In this document: one piece after another, positions 38,855 through 48,096 of the stretch
Numbering within the stretch: the first letter of the stretch is position 1
Layout of the letters: every line of letters starts with the position of its first letter
Source: Dehalococcoidia bacterium
Lineage (GTDB): Bacteria; Chloroflexota; Dehalococcoidia; Plut-88900
Direction of reading: 5' to 3'
Assembly (NCBI GenBank): GCA_965197585.1
Contig: OZ240215.1
Span: 288,001-352,000, forward strand
DNA length: 64,000 bases
Made by a program: the position numbers and the translations under genes
The notes under the pieces: model-generated
Database searches by the model: none
What the model was told of the DNA's origin: nothing
Seen by the model: only the letters and a program-made list of their open reading frames with translations

Positions 38855-41323
38855 TCATCCCGTTGGCTGGTGGGCCACTGATTCGTTGAGGTCAGCGTTC
38901 CGGTCAACGCGCCACTTAATGTTTTCTATTTCGTAAGACAACATCGAACTCATAGGTAACCAATTGAAACCGTCTGAGGCGCTCTCCAAGTTGACCCATT
39001 GTGAATCTAAGTACTGGCGGAATGCTTCCGCCCTCGCCAATCGGTCATTTATATAGGCCACATCCGAAATTTTATCCCGCCATTCCCTTGCAACGATAGG
39101 TGTGTCTACCACTACCGCGTCAACATAAGTAAATTTGCCAATAAGTTTTTGGTAGTAATAGGAGCCTATTGTAGTGATCCTGTAGCGGCGCGGTTGAAAG
39201 TCGAACCGTTCCCCGACAACGTCCTTGGTTTCTGTTTCTACCAATTTCTGAGCGAGCAATTTTTCTAGTACGCCTGCTATTTGGATAGGTTGAAAACCGA
39301 GGGATTGGGCATACGCGTAGATCTCCTCAGCGTCGACGTATCCGCTGTTAGCCGGTGGCCTTGCTTCCGATCCGATGAACGCCAAAGCGATCGGTCCCAA
39401 GAAATGTTCCCTACCGTCCGGAGACCGTATGTCGAACAAATTCGCGATTTCGGATGCCCTTGGATCGTAATCTCGTTGATCACCATAGATCACTGCCCGC
39501 AAAAATTCATGCAAGGGTACTGTGTACGAGCCAGAATCGCGGTAAATTTCCAATATCTTACCCGTGTCGACGTTTCCACTGCCCACAAACACCCGGATGA
39601 AATCTAACGCCAGCCGGATGTTGCCTCCGCAAACGTTATCTACGAATTCGATCAATTCGACATTCTTGTCAAATGACAATTTAGTAACGCTCAGAAAATC
39701 CGATAAATCGTCGAGATTGACCGACATGCCCACGCCTTCAATCGATTGTCCGATCTGTCCAAGTGCCAAGAGATTGATTGCATATTGCAATCTTTTCTGT
39801 ATCACTCTATCGACCCTAGGTGGACTAATCGTAAACGCTTTGACATGGTACGCACTCAACGCCCCTCCAGCTTTTGATTTGTGAAAGGTTTCGGGGCGCA
39901 AAGAAACAAACACCATGGCTGGCCAAAGTTCGGCCATACTTTGACCGATCAAAAACGCTTTCTGCTGAAAATCGTCAGTGCGTTGGTCGACGTTGTCCAG
40001 AAATATCACGATCTGCTGTTTTCGCCCTTTGTGGATGTGTTCCAGGCACCGCTTAAGGTGTTCCTGCGTGTTGCTTATCTTGGATTCTAGAAGCGCAATT
40101 CTTTTCAGCTCGTATTCTGGTCGATTCAACTCGCGAAGGGACCCGTAGATGCCTTTATCAAACGATTGTAGATCGACGTTGTAGACGCCATGGACAAAAT
40201 TGCGGTCAGTAATGTCGATGGAGTACAACTCGTCTAACTGCCGCGAAATTTCTTCTTGGAGATAATGGTCTAACTCCGCTTCTAACGTTGGTTTGACACC
40301 CAAGTCTAGATACAGAATGATTGCGTCTTTGAGTATGTCCGCGGCCTCCACGTTGATGAAGTAGCGAACGAACATGGTCTTACCGACACCAACGTCACCG
40401 ATCAGTAATACAGGCCGACGAGTGGCACTCTGGGCCAACATCTCTGCAGTAATGACGGACTTCCCGCCTTTCTCTGTCGCCGGAGACAGCGATGGACCAG
40501 ATAAAGACTCTTGGAATGCTACAGAATATCTGGTTTGGAGAATGGATTTGCTGATCAGTGCGTATTGCGAAAGGGCACCGCTGTCGGCATAACAAGCGGT
40601 CAAAAACTCTTTCTCGTTCGGTGGAAGTTTACCCACGTCTTCGATGATCAGATCGCCAAAAATCTGTAGGTTTGATTGAAGTTCGTTGCGGACCTGATGT
40701 CTGGGGTAGTTATGTACTCGAACTGATAGCTTGTCCGGCGGAGGTCGATCGCCAGTGTTCTGGAGACGTGAGGCTAAGCCTCTAGCGGATACACCGTGAT
40801 GAGACAAGCAATCCCACAAGTCTCGGAATCCGTCGCGCATGTGGACCAGAGACGGTAACACCAAAGCTTGGCCTTTCATTGGTGCGATGCTGTCGGTGCG
40901 GCTCGCCAAGAACCCAACTATTTGATGACCATTGCAAACTGCACCGAAAGGAACTCCCCTTGTTTGACAATATGCCATCGCTTGCTCGACAGCTTTGAAT
41001 ACGTCGGGCGCTTCTCTCCGGAATCTTTCGAGCGGGTAGAAAAGGCCGTCAAACCCGGCAGGGATCGAAAAGTATACGTCCTCTTTCTTGGCTTCAACGA
41101 TAAGGGTTACGGAAGGTTTTCCGAGAGAGTAATCGGTATATGTGCCTTCGTGATTGTCCTCATTGGCGCAGTCCCATTTGTCCCACCCGAGGCACTCAAA
41201 CAGTAAGCGATCAATAAACTGAAGCCTCGTCGTCGCCTCATTCCTGTACGCTTCGTCAACCTCGGCAACTTCTGTAATGAGGTTGTCGAGGTTTTTTAGT
41301 GATTCCAAGTAATCAACTGCCAT
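38855..41323 (-). CDS. HsdR-N-type PD-(D/E)XK nuclease fused to a P-loop ATPase; candidate defence protein
   Basis: NEATTR..TDY..IVEAKK..QAMAY nuclease motifs; Walker A GDVGVGKT; Walker B IVIFLDNVD. Confidence 0.75.
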   Translation of the reverse strand: MAVDYLESLKNLDNLITEVAEVDEAYRNEATTRLQFIDRLLFECLGWDKWDCANEDNHEGTYTDYSLGKPSVTLIVEAKKEDVYFSIPAGFDGLFYPLERFRREAPDVFKAVEQAMAYCQTRGVPFGAVCNGHQIVGFLASRTDSIAPMKGQALVLPSLVHMRDGFRDLWDCLSHHGVSARGLASRLQNTGDRPPPDKLSVRVHNYPRHQVRNELQSNLQIFGDLIIEDVGKLPPNEKEFLTACYADSGALSQYALISKSILQTRYSVAFQESLSGPSLSPATEKGGKSVITAEMLAQSATRRPVLLIGDVGVGKTMFVRYFINVEAADILKDAIILYLDLGVKPTLEAELDHYLQEEISRQLDELYSIDITDRNFVHGVYNVDLQSFDKGIYGSLRELNRPEYELKRIALLESKISNTQEHLKRCLEHIHKGRKQQIVIFLDNVDQRTDDFQQKAFLIGQSMAELWPAMVFVSLRPETFHKSKAGGALSAYHVKAFTISPPRVDRVIQKRLQYAINLLALGQIGQSIEGVGMSVNLDDLSDFLSVTKLSFDKNVELIEFVDNVCGGNIRLALDFIRVFVGSGNVDTGKILEIYRDSGSYTVPLHEFLRAVIYGDQRDYDPRASEIANLFDIRSPDGREHFLGPIALAFIGSEARPPANSGYVDAEEIYAYAQSLGFQPIQIAGVLEKLLAQKLVETETKDVVGERFDFQPRRYRITTIGSYYYQKLIGKFTYVDAVVVDTPIVAREWRDKISDVAYINDRLARAEAFRQYLDSQWVNLESASDGFNWLPMSSMLSYEIENIKWRVDRNADLNESVAHQPTG

Positions 41324-41639
41324 TGTTGGCCCCTCGATTTGTAGGTTCTACGCCGCTCCCGCGAGCCAAACCCTTAGAATATGCTGCCCAGAGGTAAGGC
41401 ACAATCCACGATACATCGCACGCGCATCTAGGTCAACGAAACTGATTGTACCGGCCTCTTCCCGGCTTTGATCGCTATTCCAATTCCAAGCTGAACGGCG
41501 AATCGAACGGTGACGCGGTAGCGGCTGCTGCCCAAGGCAGACCATTGGCTTCATTGGAACATCGGATATCAACTCTGCCCAATAGAACAGAGACTTCGCG
41601 GTCGGCGGGTTATGAATTCAGTCTTGTTAGGTCGAAGAA

Positions 41640-41693
41640 AGTGGGCTAGAGGGGACTGTACTGCGAACTTTTTGTTGGGAAGTGTCGCTGTAG
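41640..41693 (+). repeat. att-like arm D (reads SGLEGTVLRTFCWEVSL*)
   Basis: AGTGGGCT-AGAGGGG-ACTGTACTGCGAACTTTTTGTTGGGAAGT; 54 nt to the stop, as in A, B and C. Confidence 0.7.
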
Positions 41694-41953
41694 GGAAGCG
41701 GAGTTGGTCAAGCGAGACTCTTCCAGGAGAAGGGCCGGTAGGCCTGCGGGGCCTGCGATGCCCACCTTGAGACGGGCTCCCGGGCATTCACCCTCCAGGA
41801 CTTTGCCGGCCAGTATGTCGGCTATGTCTGTCCGCCGTGCCATCCCAACCGCAAGTGGATGAACACCCTGTGGCGCAGCGTCCTCGGAGATGACTGGGCC
41901 ATCCAGCAGAGTCAGCAGACCCTGTCCGTCAACATTTTGACGCGCACAGTCCA

Positions 41954-42925
41954 TTAGATGATCTGGTCGACCTGCTCGTCAGAGAGGAAGTCCAGCGCAG
42001 CTTGCAGGTCTGATTTCTCCTGTCCGGGCGGCTGGGAGGGCAGCATCTCAAACCATGGCTCAGCAAGGTCATCGCGCACCCGCAAGAGGGGGGACCTCAG
42101 GAGGCTCAGAGTCGAAGAGGGCTGGAGCAGGCGGCCACCAGGGGTCATCTCGTAGGCGAAATGCAGCATAGGAGTGCCTCTCCAGCCGGGATAGGTCACG
42201 GTCGGCTTGGGTGTCACTCTGACACCGGAACTAGAAGCAGCTCGACCAATAATGTAGCTTAGAGTTCCATGAACAAGTCGTGCTGCTTCCTCATTGGCGT
42301 TCGTGCTATCGCCTAATAGACAGTCAATGACCTCTCTGGTCTCTCCGCTCACCTCTTTCCTCTCTTCAGACAGGAACTGTCGCATCTCATGCTTGTCTCT
42401 TCGGCCGTAACGCGACTCGACCGTAAGGATGAGAAGCCACGGCTGGTGCGCATCCAAGCGGTCATCGTTAAATAGGCGGTACAGAGCGTTGGCCCTATTC
42501 CGCACTACTCGGCCGCCCCTCTCGTAGGGTAGAAACTTCCCAAAGTAGTCCAAATAGACGACATCAAAATCCCAGATGTACCCCACACCGCGTTGATAGC
42601 TGTTCGAAACATGCCTCGGTGAGGGCCCCTTGCCCTTGTTCGTTAGTATGACGCGGTCGACGTCCCCTAGATGGGCTCTGGGCCGTAGGTGCCCATACTC
42701 AGTGCTAAGGACATGTTGCAGTCTCCTAAAGTTCCCGTGGCAAAACTCGACGGCGGCTACATACTCGCAAAGGTCACCCCAACTCTTTAGGTCTAGTGCC
42801 TGTACTCCGGGCAGCCCGAAGTACCGGATCGGGCCTCTCTTTCGGCGATGGGCGGCTTGGACTAATGGAAGGTCGTACTTTTCTCGAACTAGGTCCTTGG
42901 CTCTGCTGGACTGATAGCGCCCCAT
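41954..42925 (-). CDS. Hypothetical protein, possible Rossmann/SAM-methyltransferase-like fold
   Basis: IRYFGLPG..ALD, VAAVE, GDVD and FDVVYLDYFG are spaced like MTase motifs I, II, III and IV; assignment tentative. Confidence 0.5.
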   Translation of the reverse strand: MGRYQSSRAKDLVREKYDLPLVQAAHRRKRGPIRYFGLPGVQALDLKSWGDLCEYVAAVEFCHGNFRRLQHVLSTEYGHLRPRAHLGDVDRVILTNKGKGPSPRHVSNSYQRGVGYIWDFDVVYLDYFGKFLPYERGGRVVRNRANALYRLFNDDRLDAHQPWLLILTVESRYGRRDKHEMRQFLSEERKEVSGETREVIDCLLGDSTNANEEAARLVHGTLSYIIGRAASSSGVRVTPKPTVTYPGWRGTPMLHFAYEMTPGGRLLQPSSTLSLLRSPLLRVRDDLAEPWFEMLPSQPPGQEKSDLQAALDFLSDEQVDQII

Positions 42926-42935
42926 CGGCCGTACT

Positions 42936-44798
42936 TTAGATCTCTCTTTCTTCAGCTACAGAGTCGGCAATGGCACGCAGGACCGCCTCATACGCTTCGC
43001 CTCTTCCTCCAAGTCCTGCAACCAGCCCCCGATCAATTGCCCTGACAAGGCTCTCCTCATCAGCCTCCAAGTTGACTCCCTGCTGCACAAGGGCCTCCTC
43101 CAGCGAAACCGGTGCCTCCGCGGACCATCCCACAGCAACCCTCAGCTCCTTCCGGCAGGTTTCCACATCAGAATCCAGTTCGATACCGTCCGCCTTCAGC
43201 TCATCGAGAACGCCGACAGCCCGAGCCATCGCAACTGACTTCACGTGTGGCTGCAGCTCTGCCACCGCTCCCTTGAGTCGAGGCTCGCCAGAGTCCTCTG
43301 ATAGCGCCTCAACCGCCTCTAGAGTCCTGCGGAGTAGATCAGATTGGGGCGGGGGCTGCTTTGTCTGCTGCTTCTGCTTCTCGGTTCTCTGGTGCGCAGA
43401 CCTCTTCACCTGATTCAGCTGCGCCATCCAACCTTCTAGCCCCTTGAGAGCGTCCTCCAGTGCCTCCTGTTGGGCTACATCGAACCTCGGCTTCGGGCGA
43501 CCCCTGGTCGCCCTCATATGCCTCTCAATCTCTGCGTGTACATTTTCTAGTCCGCCGTGATGGGTTACAGCTTTCCTGTACACTTCAAAGGGGTCTGCGT
43601 CTGGAGCATCCTTCTCGATTCTCAGCTGCGCAACTATCCCTTCCATGTTGTCCAGGAGGCGCTCAGCACGTGCGCTTGCCTGCATGGCTCGTGCCTTACG
43701 GCTCATGGGATAGAAGAAGTCAGAGAGCTGTTTCTCGAAGAGTTGTTTACCGGGGTTGCTTTCCAAGTCGTCTCGAGCCGCGTTGGGATAGAGCCTTCCT
43801 GAGTCCAGAAGATGGACCTCGCCTGTATAGTGATGGTATAGGCTTCGTCCTCCAGTGGCAGGCCAGAGCGGCTTGAGCAGGTCTCGTCTACCCAAGGTGA
43901 ACCCTTTCATCTTCAGAAGGAATCCGCTTACCATAGCCCCTTCGTCCTGAGAAGGGATCTGTCGCCCGTTTGTGGATAGGGCATACCAGACAAACGCCAT
44001 CGGAGTACCATCTGGATGGTTGATCCAACCAATCTCGGGGCGGTAGACAGCTGCAGCCACGGGCGGCAAGACGTTTATCTCAACCTCTTCTGCGATTCTC
44101 AGGGTGACCCGGACCGGATTCAACTCCACATGGTCGACGAGCCATCCGTTGACCGTGCCTCCATAGCCCTCTGTACCAAACGCAACAGGGACCGTATTCA
44201 GCAGGTAATTGTTTACCTCTGAAGCATCATTCAGCTGAGCACGATACTCTTCATCGATCCCTTCAAGCTCCACAACAGTGAAATGGTCGTCAGGGCTACC
44301 TCTGTAGGGCTCCTCAAATAGTTCTGTGTATTCAAGCATGAGACCCGGCAGTCCAATCCCCTGCCTGATATCAAAGCTCTTGTCGGATTCAAGCAGGCGG
44401 CGCATCTCACCAAACCGAAATCTCCAGCCGACCAGGCCGGACATGCCCTCCTGGCGGCTTGAAATGGTCATCTCATCGCAGATACCGAATGCCGAGTAGA
44501 TTCCTATACCGCGAAACCCTACCGCCTGCATAGGGCTCTTGGCAGATAACCCAAATCTTCGCGCGTCTCGCATCTCATTGAGGTCCATCCCCGTCCCATC
44601 ATCTCTGATGACCGCCCGAGAGCCATCCACAGTGATAATGATGTTCCGAGCCTTGGCATCCACGCCATTCTGAACATACTCTCTCAGCGCGTCCTTCGCG
44701 TCGGAGTACAGGCCGCGAGACAGAATGTCGAGCAGCTCACCTCCAACCTCCCAGCTTTGAAACTGGACAGTCTGAGTCTTACGCTCACTTTGGGTCAT
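42936..44798 (-). CDS. GHKL (Hsp90/MORC-like) ATPase
   Basis: ALREYVQNGVDA, IRDDGTGM, GFRGIGIYS, PNAARD; coiled-coil C-terminus. Confidence 0.85.
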   Translation of the reverse strand: MTQSERKTQTVQFQSWEVGGELLDILSRGLYSDAKDALREYVQNGVDAKARNIIITVDGSRAVIRDDGTGMDLNEMRDARRFGLSAKSPMQAVGFRGIGIYSAFGICDEMTISSRQEGMSGLVGWRFRFGEMRRLLESDKSFDIRQGIGLPGLMLEYTELFEEPYRGSPDDHFTVVELEGIDEEYRAQLNDASEVNNYLLNTVPVAFGTEGYGGTVNGWLVDHVELNPVRVTLRIAEEVEINVLPPVAAAVYRPEIGWINHPDGTPMAFVWYALSTNGRQIPSQDEGAMVSGFLLKMKGFTLGRRDLLKPLWPATGGRSLYHHYTGEVHLLDSGRLYPNAARDDLESNPGKQLFEKQLSDFFYPMSRKARAMQASARAERLLDNMEGIVAQLRIEKDAPDADPFEVYRKAVTHHGGLENVHAEIERHMRATRGRPKPRFDVAQQEALEDALKGLEGWMAQLNQVKRSAHQRTEKQKQQTKQPPPQSDLLRRTLEAVEALSEDSGEPRLKGAVAELQPHVKSVAMARAVGVLDELKADGIELDSDVETCRKELRVAVGWSAEAPVSLEEALVQQGVNLEADEESLVRAIDRGLVAGLGGRGEAYEAVLRAIADSVAEEREI

Positions 44799-45133
44799 GG
44801 ATTGTACCTCCGTGTCCACATCACACCTACGGTGCGCCGATCGTCTGCTCGCGTTCGACCCTGGCCACCGCACTCCTCAACCGATAGTTGTCTTACGCCG
44901 CCCACAGAAATCAGATAGTTCGCCTCTCGATGACTGTCTTCACACATGCCATGGGCTATTGCGGTGGAGGGCGACGTCAGCAACACGCTTCGTGATCCTG
45001 GGAGGATAGTCCGCTGGGGCACGCTCGTCAAGGTTGACGAATGCAAGCGACGGTTTGTACAGATAAGTGCATTGTCAACACGGAGAATGAGGCTCAAAGC
45101 CCCGGTTCATGGCAGCCCCTCAATTAACCGCAT

Positions 45134-46141
45134 CTACCGTCCACGCTGCCTGTTAATGCGTTCAATGGACTGCTGGATCTTTCCAACCTCGTATAGGCAC
45201 TTGTCCTGCTGCTCAGGGGACATTCGCTCCAGGTCGGCCATGAACTCAGAGACCTGCAGTTCGCCTCTGAATCGCTTGAACCGGCGCAGCCAAATGTTTT
45301 TGACGCCACGGTCTTGAGCACTCTCGAATGCCCTATCAAATGTCTTGTCGCCGGACAGGAGGATCTTGGTAGGCTCTGACCCCACTTTTGCCACGTCGAG
45401 GAGTTTGACCAGCTTGTTTCTGACATCCACAGCGGCTGGAATTTCCCTGTGCTTAATCTTTACAACAACAATGTCATCAAGCGCCGGGTTTTCCCGACGA
45501 GCCTTTCTCACTATGTTGGACTTCAAGTACTCATCGTAGTAACTCCACCGTGTAACGCTGGTCTCATCGTGTTCAACCATGAACTTGTATGTGCTGATTA
45601 GGTGGTTCACCGTTCTCACCGGTATTCCCATCTCGCTTGCCATACTCTCGGCACTGACCCCATGGGTGACATTCCTGCGGTATAGGTACCCCGCCTGTTC
45701 GTAGGGAGCCCAGTCCTTTCTGCCGATGATATGGTATTCACCGAGCAGCGCAAACACGAGCTTCTCGCTGATGTCAGAAGGCAGCAATCGAACTTTGGCC
45801 TTGCCCCAGTTTATGGCGTCGTTTCTAGCAAGCTCGCGGTACGCGGCAAGCCGGCTGTTTCCTTCAAGCACTACGAGGTCGCCATCCTTCACAAGCATGG
45901 GGTCGGTCAGTCCTCCGTTTGCCCTGATCGACTGAATTAGTTGCTTGACGTGGTCCAACCCCTTCAGACGATTGAATATCTCATCCTGGGACGGTTCAAC
46001 ACCCGGCCTTTGGATTAGCGAATAAATCCTTGGGTTCTCTGAATAAAAGCTGAGGTCGTGGACTGGAAGATACCCGCTCCGAACCGGTATCTCCTGACCA
46101 CCAAGTGTAAGGGTGTCGTTTACCCACGTAGAATCAGCCAT
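45134..46141 (-). CDS. ParB/Srx-like domain protein
   Basis: ENPR, SIRANGGLTDP, LVVLEGNSRLAA, W.PYEQA, then an HTH-like segment. Confidence 0.75.
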   Translation of the reverse strand: MADSTWVNDTLTLGGQEIPVRSGYLPVHDLSFYSENPRIYSLIQRPGVEPSQDEIFNRLKGLDHVKQLIQSIRANGGLTDPMLVKDGDLVVLEGNSRLAAYRELARNDAINWGKAKVRLLPSDISEKLVFALLGEYHIIGRKDWAPYEQAGYLYRRNVTHGVSAESMASEMGIPVRTVNHLISTYKFMVEHDETSVTRWSYYDEYLKSNIVRKARRENPALDDIVVVKIKHREIPAAVDVRNKLVKLLDVAKVGSEPTKILLSGDKTFDRAFESAQDRGVKNIWLRRFKRFRGELQVSEFMADLERMSPEQQDKCLYEVGKIQQSIERINRQRGR

Positions 46142-46162
46142 TATCCGTGTCTCCCGATTGGT

Positions 46163-47632
46163 CTATGCATCCAATATGGCTCGCAGGATGCCCCCAAATT
46201 CGTAGGACATCTCCTTTTGATAAGTCTCCCTGTCGATGTCTCCCTGTGCGAGCTGTGCTGCGACCCGTTTGGAGTGAAGCAGCGCCTCAACCCATTCGTC
46301 TATCGAATCGCGCATAATCAGGTTGTGAACGTGGCAGACCCTGTCCTGGGATATCCGATGTATCCTGTCCTGCGCCTGCAGATAGTCGTCCAGACTGAAC
46401 AGCCGGTCGTAGAAGATAACGTGGTTCGCTACGGTAAGTGTCAGACCTTCCTTGGCGGAGCCTGGAGTCGCAATGAACACCTTGGCACTCGGATCATCGA
46501 GAAATGTGCGAATCGCAACGGTCTGGTCCCTTGTGCTCAACATGCCGTGGACCAGCTGAGGATTGTGCCTGCGCAGAATTCTTGCCAGCCACTCAACGTT
46601 GTCAACGAACGACGTCCAGACTATGCACTTTTCCCCATTTCCGACTATCGATGAGACGAGCTCAAGCAGGGTCTCCAGCTTCCCGGGCTCGACCTGGTAG
46701 CTTGAGTCAATGAGGTTGGGATTCGACGTAATCTGTACCAGCCTGAGCAGGCGTTTCAACACCACGTCCGACTCATCGGCCATGAGCTGCCCGTCTTGGA
46801 AGATGATAGCCCGCAGAGATTCCCTGACCTGCCTGTACAGGTCCTGCTGACGAGGTTCCCATTCGGTCACCACGGAGTGAACAACCTTGTCAGGAAGGCT
46901 TATCTCGGCGCTTGCCTTGGTCTCCCTTACGGCAAACCCCGATATGGATTGGAAGATGCGCCGTAGCTGAATCTCCAGGGCCTTCTGCCGGCTTTCAACA
47001 CCCGCCATGTCATTCGACAGGTCCACTGATCGTTTAAATGCCCCAAAATCATTTCCAAGCGACGACCCGCCGTCGAGGAACTTGATCTGCGACCAGATGT
47101 CATGTGGTCGATTGGAAACTGGAGTCCCGGACATAATCACTCGCCTAGTGAATAGAGGAGCGAGATCAAAGAATGTCTTGGTGAGAGCCGTGTCGGGGTT
47201 CTTGATCTTAGTTGACTCGTCGAGAATCACCCCGACATTTCTAGTCCTTAGAAATAGATGCATTCGCTCCTTCTCGGCCCTCACGGCCTCGTAGTGAGCG
47301 AGCATAATCCGGGCGGGGCTGTTGAAGACGTAGAAGTTTCCCCCACGGTTATTGGTCAGGACACGAGGAGTGAGTCGAGAGTGGGAAGAAAGTTCCCTCT
47401 GCCAGTTGTCAAGGAGTCCCTTCTTGACAACGATCAAAGCGGTGTCCAATAGCCGATTAGACAACCAGTAGACAATGAGGTCTATAGCAACCTTCGTCTT
47501 TCCCAACCCCTGTTCATGGAATATGGCGGCATACCTGAGGTCCTTGACCGCATTGACAGCTTCCAGTTGGTATGCGAAAGCCTCGTGCTTCAGGGTGAGG
47601 TCTGGCTCTCTCTTTAGTGTCAGCTTTTGCAA
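46163..47632 (-). CDS. SNF2-family helicase/translocase
   Basis: EQGLGKT, ILDES, SGTP, EGLTL, QAQDRIHRISQ. Confidence 0.9.
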   Translation of the reverse strand: MQKLTLKREPDLTLKHEAFAYQLEAVNAVKDLRYAAIFHEQGLGKTKVAIDLIVYWLSNRLLDTALIVVKKGLLDNWQRELSSHSRLTPRVLTNNRGGNFYVFNSPARIMLAHYEAVRAEKERMHLFLRTRNVGVILDESTKIKNPDTALTKTFFDLAPLFTRRVIMSGTPVSNRPHDIWSQIKFLDGGSSLGNDFGAFKRSVDLSNDMAGVESRQKALEIQLRRIFQSISGFAVRETKASAEISLPDKVVHSVVTEWEPRQQDLYRQVRESLRAIIFQDGQLMADESDVVLKRLLRLVQITSNPNLIDSSYQVEPGKLETLLELVSSIVGNGEKCIVWTSFVDNVEWLARILRRHNPQLVHGMLSTRDQTVAIRTFLDDPSAKVFIATPGSAKEGLTLTVANHVIFYDRLFSLDDYLQAQDRIHRISQDRVCHVHNLIMRDSIDEWVEALLHSKRVAAQLAQGDIDRETYQKEMSYEFGGILRAILDA

Positions 47633-48096
47633 TGGGTCGACCTTCCTGACGTGGTCACCGTACCGGTCCGATTTGCCTCCGAAAGAACTACGGTTTCAGC
47701 GTGAGGCAATCCCTCTCTGACCTGGAGATTCGTTAGTAATGCCCTGGCCAGTCTCTCAATAGGCCATGGAACCGCCAGTATGAGGGCCGAGCCTTCCACC
47801 ATCCCGCATCTTCTCAGGAATGCCGTGACCTGAGATTCTGTATGCGAGTTCTCCAGATCCCTCATGCTCTTGGCTTCGCCTATGACTACTCTTCCCTGTT
47901 GGTTGAGCATGACATAGGCGTCCGGCACGTACCCTTCAATAGATGGTGGGCGAGTACGCGATTCACTGCTGACGGAGTCGGTAAAGACGCGTTCCCGTTG
48001 ACCCTCGCAGAATCTATCCGCGATGTAGCTGTGGAGTATGGCAACCAAATTTGAGTGTTCCTCTGACTCAGGCACCAGTAGGAGAGGGTGAGGCAA
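47620..48096 (-). CDS. Small PD-(D/E)XK-like protein
   Basis: ESEEH...GYVPDAYV...IGEAKS; overlaps both neighbours. Confidence 0.6.
   Translation of the reverse strand: MPHPLLLVPESEEHSNLVAILHSYIADRFCEGQRERVFTDSVSSESRTRPPSIEGYVPDAYVMLNQQGRVVIGEAKSMRDLENSHTESQVTAFLRRCGMVEGSALILAVPWPIERLARALLTNLQVREGLPHAETVVLSEANRTGTVTTSGRSTHCKS

Noticed and set aside
41646-41954. 102-aa minus-strand ORF, and a CxxC..CxxC stretch on the plus strand
   Set aside because: No recognisable family, and the plus frame is broken by a stop; probably debris beside att arm D.
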